The notes beneath the pieces are model-generated. The model did no database searches. It was not told where the DNA came from and worked only from the letters and a program-made list of their open reading frames with translations. The translations under genes were made by a program, and so were the position numbers. Below, piece by piece: positions 1 through 9,970 of a DNA stretch of 40,841 nucleotides (positions within the stretch are counted from its first letter, which is position 1; every line of letters begins with the position of its first letter). This stretch comes from Halobacteriota archaeon (GTDB taxonomy: Archaea; Halobacteriota; Syntropharchaeia; DAOWMC01), in assembly GCA_034189535.1 (NCBI GenBank), contig JAXHUQ010000003.1, forward strand, positions 1 to 40,841. The letters are read 5' to 3'.

Positions 1-122
1 TAACCCAGCGCATATTGGACATAGCAGCCGAAAAGGGTGTTGATTGCTTGATCGGGGCCAAGATGGGCAACGTAGTCAAGGCGCCAACGTCGGTAAAGGT
101 TATGACGGTTGGGGAGTTGTAG
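1..122 (+). CDS. dnaG: Archaeal DnaG-type primase, C-terminal end (partial)
   Basis: Frame 3 reads TQRILDIAAEKGVDCLIGAKMGNVVKAPTSVKVMTVGEL* (TAG 120-122), matching the TQRLLDIA tail of archaeal DnaG. Confidence 0.75.
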   Translation, partial: TQRILDIAAEKGVDCLIGAKMGNVVKAPTSVKVMTVGEL

Positions 123-140
123 AAAATAAGAGGTTAGCTT

Positions 141-1421
141 ATGGATACGCCTAAACTTCAGGTGGCTTTGGACCTAGTTGAATTGGATCGCGCGGTTGCT
201 ATTGCGAGAGAGTCGGTGGATGGAGGGGCTGATTGGATTGAAGTGGGAACGCCTCTTATCAAAAGCGAGGGCATGGATGCTGTAAGACTTCTTCGCAAAG
301 AATTCCCAAATAACAAGATACTTGCAGATATGAAAACCATGGACACCGGAGCTATAGAGGTGGAGATGGCTATAAAGGCAGGTGCCGATATTGTTGCGAT
401 TCTAGGAGTTTCTGATGACTCAACAATAAGAGATGCCCTGAAAGCAGCTAGAAAATACGGTGCCGAACTGATGGTTGATATCATTAATGTCCAAGATCCT
501 GTGAACAGGTCCAAGGAGATAGAGGCTATTGGTGTTGATTACATCTGCGTCCATGTCGGTATTGATCAGCAGATGGTCGGGATGGATACTATTGATCTCC
601 TTGAGAAGATCTCAGATGTTGTCAATGTTCCGCTTGCAGCAGGTGGTGGACTTAATGCAGAGAACTCTTCCGTTGCTGTGAGTATGGGTGCGGATATTGT
701 CATCGTTGGAGGCCACATAATCAGATCCGCAGATGTTACAAAATCAACAAGGGAGATACGAAAGAGTATAGATAAGGTTGAAGTTAAGGAGAGGAAGAGA
801 AAGTCTCTGGAAGAGGAGACGATTGAGCTATTCATGCAGGTCTCCACACCGAATATCTCAGACGCCATGCATAGGGAACCCTGCATGAAAGGAATCAGAC
901 CGTTATTCCCCGGAATAAAAGTTGCCGGTAAGGCAGTAACCGTACAGACATTTGAGGGTGATTGGGCGAAGACGGTTGAGGCCATTGATGTCTGTGAGAA
1001 AGGGGATATACTAGTCATTTATAATGGGCCATCAATTGCGCCTTGGGGCGAGCTTGCCTCGCATAGCTCCCAGAACAAGGGTATAGCAGCACTCGTCATA
1101 GACGGACCAATCCGTGATGTTGAAGATATAATTGAGATGAAATTCCCTGTTTTTTTAACCGGGGTCGTATCAAATGCTGGAGATCCCAAAGGATTTGGAG
1201 AGATCAATGCCGAGATAACATGTGGTGGGTTAAAGGTAAAACCTGGAGATTACATAGTCGGAGATGATAACGGTGTCATGGTTATCCCAAAAGAACAGGG
1301 ATATGAGATGGCTAGGCGGGCGATGGAAGTAAAGAAGAATGAAGACCGTGTCCGTGAGGAGATTAGGAGGGGTAGCACGTTATCACAAGTCGTTGAACTT
1401 TATAAATGGGAGAAGAAATAA
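141..1421 (+). CDS. hxlA: 3-hexulose-6-phosphate synthase fused to an RraA/HMG-aldolase-like domain
   Basis: N-terminal [27 protein letters not shown] and HVGIDQQ (HPS); C-terminal [20 protein letters not shown] and [12 protein letters not shown] (RraA family). Confidence 0.9.
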   Translation: MDTPKLQVALDLVELDRAVAIARESVDGGADWIEVGTPLIKSEGMDAVRLLRKEFPNNKILADMKTMDTGAIEVEMAIKAGADIVAILGVSDDSTIRDALKAARKYGAELMVDIINVQDPVNRSKEIEAIGVDYICVHVGIDQQMVGMDTIDLLEKISDVVNVPLAAGGGLNAENSSVAVSMGADIVIVGGHIIRSADVTKSTREIRKSIDKVEVKERKRKSLEEETIELFMQVSTPNISDAMHREPCMKGIRPLFPGIKVAGKAVTVQTFEGDWAKTVEAIDVCEKGDILVIYNGPSIAPWGELASHSSQNKGIAALVIDGPIRDVEDIIEMKFPVFLTGVVSNAGDPKGFGEINAEITCGGLKVKPGDYIVGDDNGVMVIPKEQGYEMARRAMEVKKNEDRVREEIRRGSTLSQVVELYKWEKK

Positions 1422-1449
1422 TAAAAAAAGAATTCGTTAAAAGAGATAG

Positions 1450-2214
1450 GTGAATATTGTGAGCGACGAGATGAATATGAATACTTTTGGTGCTGTAGAA
1501 GTCAGATCAAGACAGATAAAATCGAGCAATCCGATTGTAATAGAAGGTTTTCCGGGGATTGGTCTTATAGGTAACATTACCGGGCAACATATAATAAATG
1601 AACTTAAAGCTGAATATGTAGGGATTATGAATTCCAGATTCTTTCCACCTGTTGCCCTCCTTACAAACGGAGAGATCTCCTCACCTGTAAAAATATATGA
1701 GTCGGTTGAGAATAACATGGTTATACTTCTCTCAAATGTTATGTTAGAACCTATCCTTTCGTACGATGTCAGTAAAGCGATAGTTGATTGGGCACAAGAT
1801 ATCAATGTAAGCGAGATGATATCGATTGCTGGAATTATCACTATGAGTGGGGAACAGAAGGTCTTTGGAGGGGCTACGAATAGTGGACTACTCGATAAAA
1901 TTAGGGATCACACAACGATCTTTGAAGCGGGGACTATCACAGGAATACCGGGATCTGTTATGGTTGAATGCCAAGCAAGAGATATACCCGGAATCAGTTT
2001 ACTTGGCGAGACAAGCAGTCAAAATCCGGATCCGAGAGCTGCCGCTCAGGTAGTAAAAGCGATAAATTCCATTTACGGTTTGGATATTAATATGGATAAA
2101 TTGATAAAGGAAGCCGAAATAATTGAACTGGAACTACAAAAATTAGCCGAAGAAGTTAAGTCCGGCACCGATGCTCCGCCTCTTACGATGAAAGATCTTT
2201 CTATGTACGGGTGA
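1450..2214 (+). CDS. PAC2-family proteasome assembly chaperone
   Basis: IEGFPGIGLIG, FPPVA, GTITGIPG and PDPRAAA motifs; C-terminal MYG tail. Confidence 0.9.
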   Translation: MNIVSDEMNMNTFGAVEVRSRQIKSSNPIVIEGFPGIGLIGNITGQHIINELKAEYVGIMNSRFFPPVALLTNGEISSPVKIYESVENNMVILLSNVMLEPILSYDVSKAIVDWAQDINVSEMISIAGIITMSGEQKVFGGATNSGLLDKIRDHTTIFEAGTITGIPGSVMVECQARDIPGISLLGETSSQNPDPRAAAQVVKAINSIYGLDINMDKLIKEAEIIELELQKLAEEVKSGTDAPPLTMKDLSMYG

Positions 2215-2609
2215 TCGATATGAGCTACACCACGCTAACCGGTATAATGGATTCTGTGTTAAGAGACTTGAAGAATCAACGGTTGAAGACGATAGAACTT
2301 AGAAGTGCCAACAACCTAATCTCAGCAATGAACATCGGTGTAGGTGATATGGTATTCCTTACAAAGGAGAGTTCACAGGACCTTACCTGTGGAACTACCG
2401 GAATGATTGCCAAGGTGAACGGGCTTCAAACGACTATGCATCGAGTATTCCAGGGGAATGAATATTTTTATGAAGAGCGAGAGACCATGGTAACGAGAAT
2501 TCAACTTCAAGCGCACGGATTCGGAAGGATACGATCGGTCAAAGATATCAGTATCGGAAAACCAACCGTTGTTGAAGCTGAAGAGTTACGATATTATGAG
2601 GCCAGATAG
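2211..2609 (+). CDS. DUF473-family archaeal protein
   Basis: LTGI...KTIELRSANN...GDMVFLT pattern typical of DUF473; overlaps the PAC2 stop. Confidence 0.75.
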   Translation: MIDMSYTTLTGIMDSVLRDLKNQRLKTIELRSANNLISAMNIGVGDMVFLTKESSQDLTCGTTGMIAKVNGLQTTMHRVFQGNEYFYEERETMVTRIQLQAHGFGRIRSVKDISIGKPTVVEAEELRYYEAR

Positions 2610-2613
2610 ATAA

Positions 2614-3396
2614 ATGGACAATGTACTTCTCGAAAAAGAGGATGCGATCGCGACTATAAAGATAAATCGTCCTGAAGTTTTAAACGCCCTTGACATCAAG
2701 ACTTATGAAGAGCTCGGCCTCGCGATCGAGGATGTAAGAACTGATAAGGATATTCGGGTTGTGATACTAACAGGGGTGGGAAGAGCATTCTGTGTTGGTC
2801 TCGATCTTAAGAACAACATGAATATGGTCGGTAAGATGGGTCCGTCGGATCTCAGGGCATTCATACGGGGTATTCAGCACTCGTTCACCTTCGAGAGGCT
2901 AGAAAAACCAGTAATTGCTGCCGTCAACGGATTCGCGATGGGTAACGGTCTTGAGATCGCCCTTGCATGTGATTTTAGGATAGCGTCAGAAGATGCAACC
3001 TTTGAGATGACTGAGGTAAAACTTGGGATGATACCGGATCTGGGTGGGACTTACAGATTGCCGAGGCTTGTAGGACTCGAAAAGGCAAAAGAACTGATAC
3101 TTACAGGCGAGAGAATTGATGCAAAAGAGGCTGAAAGGATCGGACTTGTAAGCAAAGTTGTTGCTGCGGATAGGCTAGATGATGAAGTTGACAAGCTCGC
3201 AAAGAGGTTGATTAGGGGTGCACCTATTGCTGTAGGACTTGCCAAAATGGCTATAAATGATGGGATTGGTACCGACTTAAGGTCCTCACTCGAGTATGAG
3301 GTCTACTGTCAGAGCCTATGTATGCAGAGCAGAGATATGGTTGAGGCCCTTACTGCCTATATGAACAAGAGAGAACCAAAGTTTAAGGGTCGTTAG
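2614..3396 (+). CDS. Enoyl-CoA hydratase/isomerase (crotonase family)
   Basis: INRPEVLNAL, AFCVGLDL, KPVIAAVNGFAMGNGLEIALACDFRIA and EVKLGMIPDLGG. Confidence 0.93.
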   Translation: MDNVLLEKEDAIATIKINRPEVLNALDIKTYEELGLAIEDVRTDKDIRVVILTGVGRAFCVGLDLKNNMNMVGKMGPSDLRAFIRGIQHSFTFERLEKPVIAAVNGFAMGNGLEIALACDFRIASEDATFEMTEVKLGMIPDLGGTYRLPRLVGLEKAKELILTGERIDAKEAERIGLVSKVVAADRLDDEVDKLAKRLIRGAPIAVGLAKMAINDGIGTDLRSSLEYEVYCQSLCMQSRDMVEALTAYMNKREPKFKGR

Positions 3397-3412
3397 AGGC
3401 AGTTATAAAAGG

Positions 3413-4186
3413 ATGGTTGAGATTCTCCCTCTCGTGGATGAACCGGTATTAACTGTAGAAGATAATATCAAGATACTTGTTATTTCCGACATTCACCTAG
3501 GTATAGAAAGAGATCTCAGGAGATCAGGGGTAAACATTCCCAGCCAGACCGGTAAACTGGTAGCTAAGATCTTGTCACTTGTTAGATTGCTTAAACCTGA
3601 TAAAGTAATAATCCTTGGAGACCTAAAGCACAACATTCCCTGGACATCGCGGCAGGAGAGGGACGAGATACCGCTATTTTTAGAAAGACTTGCAGAAGAA
3701 GCTACAGTAGATATCACGATGGGGAATCATGATGGCAATCTGGATCAGTTGATCCCAAATTCGCGTGATATCACCCTTCACAAGGCCCAGGGATTCTTGC
3801 TTGGTGATGTTGGCTACTTTCACGGTCATGCGTGGCCCTCAAAAGATCTTTTCAAGGCAGACTATATCCTTATGGGGCACAATCACCCAATAGTTAAATT
3901 AACCGATTCTCTCGGTTATTTTAAACCGATGCGGGTCTGGTTAAGGGCAAAGTTTGATAGAGAGGTGATCTTATCTCATTACGGCGAGATGGAGTATAAA
4001 GACCCGTTACTTGTCATGGTTCCCGCATTCAATAGATTGTGCGGTGGTATATCTGTGAATACCGAAAGTGGGAGTTTACTTGGACCGTTGCTTACATCAA
4101 ACGCTGTTGATATTGATACTGCAGATGTTTATCTGATCAATGGGACATATATCGGCGATGTCAGGACTGTCCAATACCAACTTTAG
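3413..4186 (+). CDS. Calcineurin-like metallophosphoesterase
   Basis: DIHLG, GDLKH, GNHD, HGH and GHNHP motifs. Confidence 0.9.
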   Translation: MVEILPLVDEPVLTVEDNIKILVISDIHLGIERDLRRSGVNIPSQTGKLVAKILSLVRLLKPDKVIILGDLKHNIPWTSRQERDEIPLFLERLAEEATVDITMGNHDGNLDQLIPNSRDITLHKAQGFLLGDVGYFHGHAWPSKDLFKADYILMGHNHPIVKLTDSLGYFKPMRVWLRAKFDREVILSHYGEMEYKDPLLVMVPAFNRLCGGISVNTESGSLLGPLLTSNAVDIDTADVYLINGTYIGDVRTVQYQL

Positions 4187-4237
4187 AAACATTTTTAAGC
4201 TTTTGAGAAGATTCCTGAAAAAGGGGGAATAATAGCG

Positions 4238-4390
4238 ATGAGAAGATTGGTATTGTTTGTGATGGCCCTGTTGATTGGGATGTGGATGGTCAGTCCTGCT
4301 ATTGGCGCATCCACTAGCGATTGTGAGCCATGTCATGCTGGTTCAATTGATGATGAGGCATTAGAGGGGGATCTTTGTTATGAGTTCTAG
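4238..4390 (+). CDS. Small secreted mono-heme c protein, or a detached N-terminus of the multiheme cytochrome (not in the ORF track)
   Basis: 50 aa MRRLVLFVMALLIGMWMVSPAIGASTSDCEPCHAGSIDDEALEGDLCYEF*: Sec signal peptide, one CxxCH, G-rich RBS upstream. Confidence 0.7.
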   Translation: MRRLVLFVMALLIGMWMVSPAIGASTSDCEPCHAGSIDDEALEGDLCYEF

Positions 4391-5315
4391 CGCGGCTATA
4401 TACGGTTTTTTGCTCATAGGCATAATTTGGGCGCTTGTTTTGTACTTTGTATTCAGAGGTAAATATAGCTACAGGTCAAGGTTAATACCCATCACCATGG
4501 TTCTAGCAATAGTACTTTGTGTTGTCGGATATTTTGGAGTTGGCTTCCTACATAGCATGGAGACTTCCGAGTCGTGTGGTAATTGCCATGCGATGGCTCC
4601 GTGGTATCATGGAACAGAAGGCGATGAATTGACAGGGGGCGAACCAAGAGTCAGTTATCTTGAGCCTGGTGAGAATAAGATGATGGCGGCTCATTCTTTA
4701 CATGAAGGTCACCCGGTGACCTGTTCAAACTGTCATGCGGGTCCCGGAGTTACGGGACTTTTAGGTGGTGTTATAGGGGGCGTTCTGGAGAGCATATATG
4801 AGATGCTCGGCACATACGAAATCCCAATTCATGGGCACTATCCTGATGAACAGTGCAATAAATGTCATGATGAATTGAACGGACATTTCGAATCTTACCA
4901 TCTGTCTCCCGCAAGAATAAAAGAGAGGGGACTGGAGTGCAGAGAATGTCACAAGCCGCATGAGGTCGGATCTGGGCTTGAGGGCTGCAATGAATGTCAT
5001 TCCGATATACCTAACACTTTACACCATCAGAGTAACATGGACTGTTTGAGATGCCATGAGGATCACAGTGAAGAAATTGATTGTACATCGTGCCATAAAT
5101 CCGAAATGGTGAAAAGTACATGTTCAAAGTGCCACACAGAGGAAGGAAAGACGATTAAAACACAAATGCATAAGGCACTAGAGTGTGATTCATGTCATAT
5201 AGATGAACATCCGGGAAAGGATACAAAGAGTTGTGTAGAATGCCATCCTGATGCACATTACAAGACTACAGGTTGTATGATGTGCCATGCGGATCCGCAC
5301 GCACCGCTTAACTAA
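4380..5315 (+). CDS. Membrane-anchored multiheme cytochrome c (11 CxxCH) with NapC/NrfH-like N-terminal part
   Basis: Two N-terminal TM helices; CGNCHAM (CxxCHxM), CSNCH, CNKCH, CRECH, CNECH, CLRCH, CTSCH, CSKCH, CDSCH, CVECH, CMMCH. Confidence 0.9.
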   Translation: MSSSAAIYGFLLIGIIWALVLYFVFRGKYSYRSRLIPITMVLAIVLCVVGYFGVGFLHSMETSESCGNCHAMAPWYHGTEGDELTGGEPRVSYLEPGENKMMAAHSLHEGHPVTCSNCHAGPGVTGLLGGVIGGVLESIYEMLGTYEIPIHGHYPDEQCNKCHDELNGHFESYHLSPARIKERGLECRECHKPHEVGSGLEGCNECHSDIPNTLHHQSNMDCLRCHEDHSEEIDCTSCHKSEMVKSTCSKCHTEEGKTIKTQMHKALECDSCHIDEHPGKDTKSCVECHPDAHYKTTGCMMCHADPHAPLN

Positions 5316-5321
5316 AGGGAG

Positions 5322-6161
5322 TTGATTGAAATGAGTGATTCATTGATTGAGAACGGAAAAGTAAAGAAGTATAGTCTCCTCACTCGAATTGAGCACTGGC
5401 TCTTCGCAATAACGATTGTTGGTTTGCTGGTGAACGGGTTCATGCCTTTTTTGAATAGGTTCTTTGAAGAGGCGCTAGACATTAAAGGAGGATTCAGATT
5501 TCCCGAAGTAGGTATCCAATACCATGTACCTCTTGGTATCCTGCTTATAGTCCTCTGTCTCCTTCACTTGCTGATTCACCTGGTGATCTTGCCAAGCAAA
5601 AAGGAGATTCTGCCGACCCATCCCAAGAAAGATATGAGAAATTCATACCATGCATTGCTTTATTTCTTCCTTCTTGCAAAGAGGCCGGAAAGGGGCAGTG
5701 GGGAAAGGTATAGAGGCAATCAGAAAATCGTTTACCTCGCATTTATATTTTCTTTAGGGCTTTTGATCTTCAGTGGATGTATAATGTACCTTGGTAATAT
5801 GGATATGGACGGATTCATGGAAGATCCCATCAAGCTGACACATGTCTTCGGATCATTCATGATCTTCCTTGTTGCCCTATGGCATTTTGGTATATATGTG
5901 AGAAGGCGTGATTGGGCCGCGATCAAAGGTGTCTTCTTCACGGGAAAGGTACCCCTCTGGCACGTCCGTAAGAACAATAAAATCTGGTATGACCAGATGA
6001 TGAGTGAACAATCCGACGATGACAAAGTCACGCCACTTGCACACACTCTTGTGGATGTATCAGGAGGAGCACTTCATCCTGATGCTGCCGAGATGATGGC
6101 AGACGAGATGAAATCAAGAATGAGTGATGAGGAGATCGAATATATCAAGAAGCTTGCATAA
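5322..6161 (+). CDS. Di-heme cytochrome b membrane subunit (FdnI/HyaC-like)
   Basis: Four TM helices with His in RIEHW, QYHVPLG, LTHVFG and LWHFG; RYRGNQK resembles FdnI KYNAGQK. Confidence 0.85.
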   Translation: MIEMSDSLIENGKVKKYSLLTRIEHWLFAITIVGLLVNGFMPFLNRFFEEALDIKGGFRFPEVGIQYHVPLGILLIVLCLLHLLIHLVILPSKKEILPTHPKKDMRNSYHALLYFFLLAKRPERGSGERYRGNQKIVYLAFIFSLGLLIFSGCIMYLGNMDMDGFMEDPIKLTHVFGSFMIFLVALWHFGIYVRRRDWAAIKGVFFTGKVPLWHVRKNNKIWYDQMMSEQSDDDKVTPLAHTLVDVSGGALHPDAAEMMADEMKSRMSDEEIEYIKKLA

Positions 6162-6163
6162 GT

Positions 6164-7453
6164 TCAAGCTTCAACTCTCTTTTTTATTTTTATCTTAGCC
6201 TCTTCTATATCGTCCTTCTCCCAGATCTGTCTAACTTTTGCTTTACCAAGCTCGCTAGAGATCTTCTGCAACCTGCCACTCACTTTAAGTGTCATATTGT
6301 CATCAGTTTCTGGAATAATTACCTCTTCTGTCTTCTTCTTCTCGAATTCAATCGGTTTGAGTGCCCTGGATGTATCTATCTTTTCAAATGGTCCATATTT
6401 TATCTGAGATATCGCTTTATCCCACTCACTATTCCAGGATGCTTCTGAAAGAGGGGTATGGTTGACAACTTCCCGATCGATAGATATCACACCGTAGGCA
6501 CAGGCATTATAGCAGGCTTTGCAGTAGATACATAGCTCATCATTCACACCTATCTTCTCTTCTGGTGACGATGGTAGATACCATGCCTTTGCAGGACATA
6601 TCTTCACACATGCCTGACAACCTTGAGGATCGCACTTGGGTAAGTTTGCCTCAACAATCTCTACACTGCCTTCCATCGGTTTTTCAATTTCGATGGCGCC
6701 ATAGGGGCATATAAGAAGACAACTTCCGCACTTTATGCACTTTTCCTCGTCAATATCAATCCCACCTTCTATCTCAAAAGAAACATCAATAGGGTCTTCG
6801 CTTTCGACAGTTATTGCATCTTCAGGGCAGATTCTTTCGCAGATCTTGCAGTAATCACACCTCATCTCATCCACCATCAGATCCTTGAACGGGGCAAGAT
6901 CTTCGGATGTGAACTCGCGTTCTATGGGGATTATTGCTTCACAAAACTCAGCACATACACCACAAAAGTTGCACTTGCCCATATCAATATCAATACTTCC
7001 GTTTACGCCCTCTTTTAAGGGAGCAACCTTTTCCTTTTTTGGTATATTGAGGTTCAATTTTATTGCTTCTTGTGGGCAGACCTTCTCACATAATACACAT
7101 GGTAAGCAGTCCTCGTTTACAGATATTTTAGAATCAAGATGGGGGTAATCCTCAAGATCTAGGATACTCTCACCATCAAAGTACATCTCCATTGCATGGA
7201 CAGGACAGAATGCGGCACACATACCACAAAACGAACAGGAGTCAGGGTCTATCATAACCGGAGGAGCATCCATTCCCGTTGCTATCTCCGGTATCGGACC
7301 GAGCTCGAGGGCATCTGAGGGGCATATGTCAACACATATACCACACCCAACGCATCTCTTGTAATCGTATATATGTTCCTTTGATCTGTCACCTGCTTTT
7401 TGATTATAAATAAACTTAGAACCTTCAAAATCTGATTCGACCATGATATCCAT
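6164..7453 (-). CDS. fwdF: Polyferredoxin with 8 [4Fe-4S] motifs, FwdF-like
   Basis: Eight CxxCxxCxxxC-type motifs; CVDICPSDALELGPIPEIA N-terminus typical of FwdF. Confidence 0.75.
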   Translation of the reverse strand: MDIMVESDFEGSKFIYNQKAGDRSKEHIYDYKRCVGCGICVDICPSDALELGPIPEIATGMDAPPVMIDPDSCSFCGMCAAFCPVHAMEMYFDGESILDLEDYPHLDSKISVNEDCLPCVLCEKVCPQEAIKLNLNIPKKEKVAPLKEGVNGSIDIDMGKCNFCGVCAEFCEAIIPIEREFTSEDLAPFKDLMVDEMRCDYCKICERICPEDAITVESEDPIDVSFEIEGGIDIDEEKCIKCGSCLLICPYGAIEIEKPMEGSVEIVEANLPKCDPQGCQACVKICPAKAWYLPSSPEEKIGVNDELCIYCKACYNACAYGVISIDREVVNHTPLSEASWNSEWDKAISQIKYGPFEKIDTSRALKPIEFEKKKTEEVIIPETDDNMTLKVSGRLQKISSELGKAKVRQIWEKDDIEEAKIKIKKRVEA

Positions 7454-7632
7454 ATGGATATATATTCATTTCTCGATGTATTTAAGTGTTTCATATTTGA
7501 TGTGGTTGATACGAGGTCTTTTTGAGGTTTTTTCGTCACGACTAAGCTTTGCAGAAGGATGGATCGAACGGTTCCTCGATGAGGATTTTAAGTATGAATT
7601 GTTAGGTTGTTGAGTATATTTGGATGTCTGGT

Positions 7633-7798
7633 TTTATTTCATCTTCAAAATACTTTTTACATATTTCTGTTCAGTTTCTTTAAGTTTTAGACTAAACTCC
7701 TCGTTTGTTTTGGCATTCTTTTTTATAGATTCGATTATTTTTGTGGAATAATTATCTTGAATATTGCTGTCTGGTATTGGTATTATTGTGTCTGTCCG
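7633..7798 (-). pseudogene. Gene fragment resembling the C-terminus of a restriction specificity (HsdS/type IIG) domain
   Basis: Startless frame TDTIIPIPDSNIQDNYSTKIIESIKKNAKTNEEFSLKLKETEQKYVKSILKMK*, with the IPIP-xx-IQ plus long-helix pattern. Confidence 0.35.
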
Positions 7799-8180
7799 AT
7801 TCAAACCCTGCAAGTATCAACTGTCTATACTTGCCTGTCGATGCTTTTTTATTCCTTGTGGGGATCTGTGCTTCCGCTCGCACTTCCTCCCTTATCACCT
7901 TATGTATAGGCTCTGCATCATATCGCACAGTATCAAGTCCGAGAATCTCCTTTAATTTTGGCATCTCCTCGGTGATCTCTACTACCTCTCTGTACTTCAG
8001 CCTCAACCTCTTTTTTATGCAACCTATGACAAATAGCTGAGGCTGTGTGTAGTCGTGCTTGGAGAATCTGCTAGAATAAGCAGTCATGGATCTTTTAGCG
8101 GTTTTATAAAGGTGTTTGACAAAGCTTATTAGTTCAGACTCTTTATCTTTTACTTGTAATTTATCTTCTCTATGTTTCAA
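7752..8180 (-). pseudogene. IS5-family transposase remnant with internal deletion
   Basis: N-terminal YSSRFSKHDYTQPQL...LKYREVVE joined directly to the late YDAEPIHKVIREE...IP...GKYR segment; most of the DDE core is missing. Confidence 0.75.
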
Positions 8181-8455
8181 TAAATAGGGGATGTTATCCT
8201 ATTATATCTTAATTTGGTGAGGTTTTCTATGGAGCCATTATTAGTTGTTCTTGCATACATTAAAGCATCTTTTAATCCATTGTCTGGATCATCATCTGGA
8301 TGTTTGGTATCAATAGCAACTATTGGAATTTTATTTATGGATAATAAGTAATCTGGACGATATTCCTTTTTGCTTCTTCCCATTCCTATCGATCTAATAT
8401 GGATTGTCTCTTTGGTGTGGATATTCTTATCTGTATATCCCAACATTTTTATAAA
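8177..8455 (-). pseudogene. Fragment of a type I HsdR_N / type IIG restriction nuclease domain
   Basis: LGY...YRPDYLL...IVAIDTKHP...ALMYA (PD-(D/E)xK-type pattern); truncated on both sides, with its upstream end at the IS terminal repeat. Confidence 0.6.
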
Positions 8456-9748
8456 CCCAAACTCCGCATTTTAATTCATAACCTTCACTTATCCCCCAGG
8501 TTTTTCCATTTCCCCCTACCGATTTGTCCGGCCCTGGAAACTCCCAATCGTTTTTCTTTAATTACGCTAACAATCCCAAACATACATGGAGTCACGTTTA
8601 GCCGAAAACGATATTAATTCTAACCCACGTGAAAGATATCCCACTCAAGATTCAAAAAACGTTCAATAACTTGAAGAAAGTAGAGGCATCCCACATCGAG
8701 TTAAAATTAATCAAAAACAACTACTACGTCTACCGCGCCACAAGTGAATGGGACAAGGAAAAAGGAAGGTAAGGAAAATAACCGAGTACATTGGCTCGAT
8801 AGACCGCGATGGTGTATTCACGAAAAAGAGATTAAGGTCACACATTCAAGAGTCCGGCCATGAGATTTTTGAGTATGGAAATAGCATGCTTGCCAGATAT
8901 TTGTTGAAAGATATCGGAGACCTCCCGTCAGAAAAGACACCTTACTGAAAAGAGCTTATTTCCGCGGCAATAATCAAGGCAATCGATCCCAAACTTCTGA
9001 GGCTATTTGCTTCCAGATGGGAAAAGTTGTACATATCAAGGTTGATCGATGTTAGTCTTTGTCCCAAACACCTTTCATCTGTTTTGTCCGGTGTGGGTGA
9101 GGGAATATACCTTTGGCATGACGTTTTTTCAAAACATACAACTAAAGACGACCTTCTACTGTATGATTTATCATCTGTTTTCACATATTCGAAGAACATT
9201 AAACTCGCAGAGAAAGGATATCTGACTTACCTTGTGGAATGGATGTCTTTTATGGATCTATGGAGGATATTACAACAATTAGAGACTTCGTTGAAAGATC
9301 CCAAAGAAATGACCTTGGATTTATTTTTGATAGAGGCTTGAAACGTAAACATGTTGGAATTATCTGTCTAGTTTCAGATATGGATAAAGAATGAACTGAT
9401 GTATTTGACTTGTATAAAGGTATAAAAGATGTAGAACTGAAATTTGATACTATGAAAAACGAATTGGAGTCTGATAAGACTTATTTGAGATCGAAAGATG
9501 CTGTAAGGGGTTATTTTTTTGTTACGTTTCTTGCATTGAGGATCTATTTTATGATTTTGAAGAGATTGAGAGAAAAGGGGCTCACAAACAAGATATCTGG
9601 GGGTGAGGTGTTATTTGAGCTCTCGAAAATTGAAAAGATTTTGGAAAAGAACGGGAGGGAGTACTTTGCAAAAATTCCAAAGAGTGCAAGGAGAATTAGT
9701 TCATTGTTTCCTGAAGCTTTACCTATGGGTTAAACTGCGGAGTTATGG
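8456..9748 (+). mobile_element. Degenerate IS1634-like insertion sequence
   Basis: Terminal inverted repeats CCCAAACTCCGCATTTTAA (8456-8474) and TTAAACTGCGGAGTTATGG (9730-9748), 16/19 match; broken transposase pieces YYVYRATSEWD, RKITEYIG, LLYDLSSVFTYS and VELKFDTMKNELESDKTYL. Confidence 0.8.
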
Positions 9749-9970
9749 TTAATAAATAAGGAGTGTGTCCTTAACAATAGCTAATATATATGGTATAGCG
9801 TTGTATTGAGCTGAAAATATTTCTGAAGCAAAATATTTAAATGTAATAAGGTTGCTATTAAAAGAAGGTAAAATGTGTGCTTAGTGTGCAGCGCTTTACG
9901 GATGTTTTACATTAGATTCGAAAAGCGATATAAATAAAAAATGGGCAATGGGATAAGAGGTGAATCATCA

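Noticed and set aside
4388-4390. Pyrrolysine read-through of TAG
   Set aside because: The read-through frame gives no heme motif and stops soon after; the cytochrome continues in another frame.
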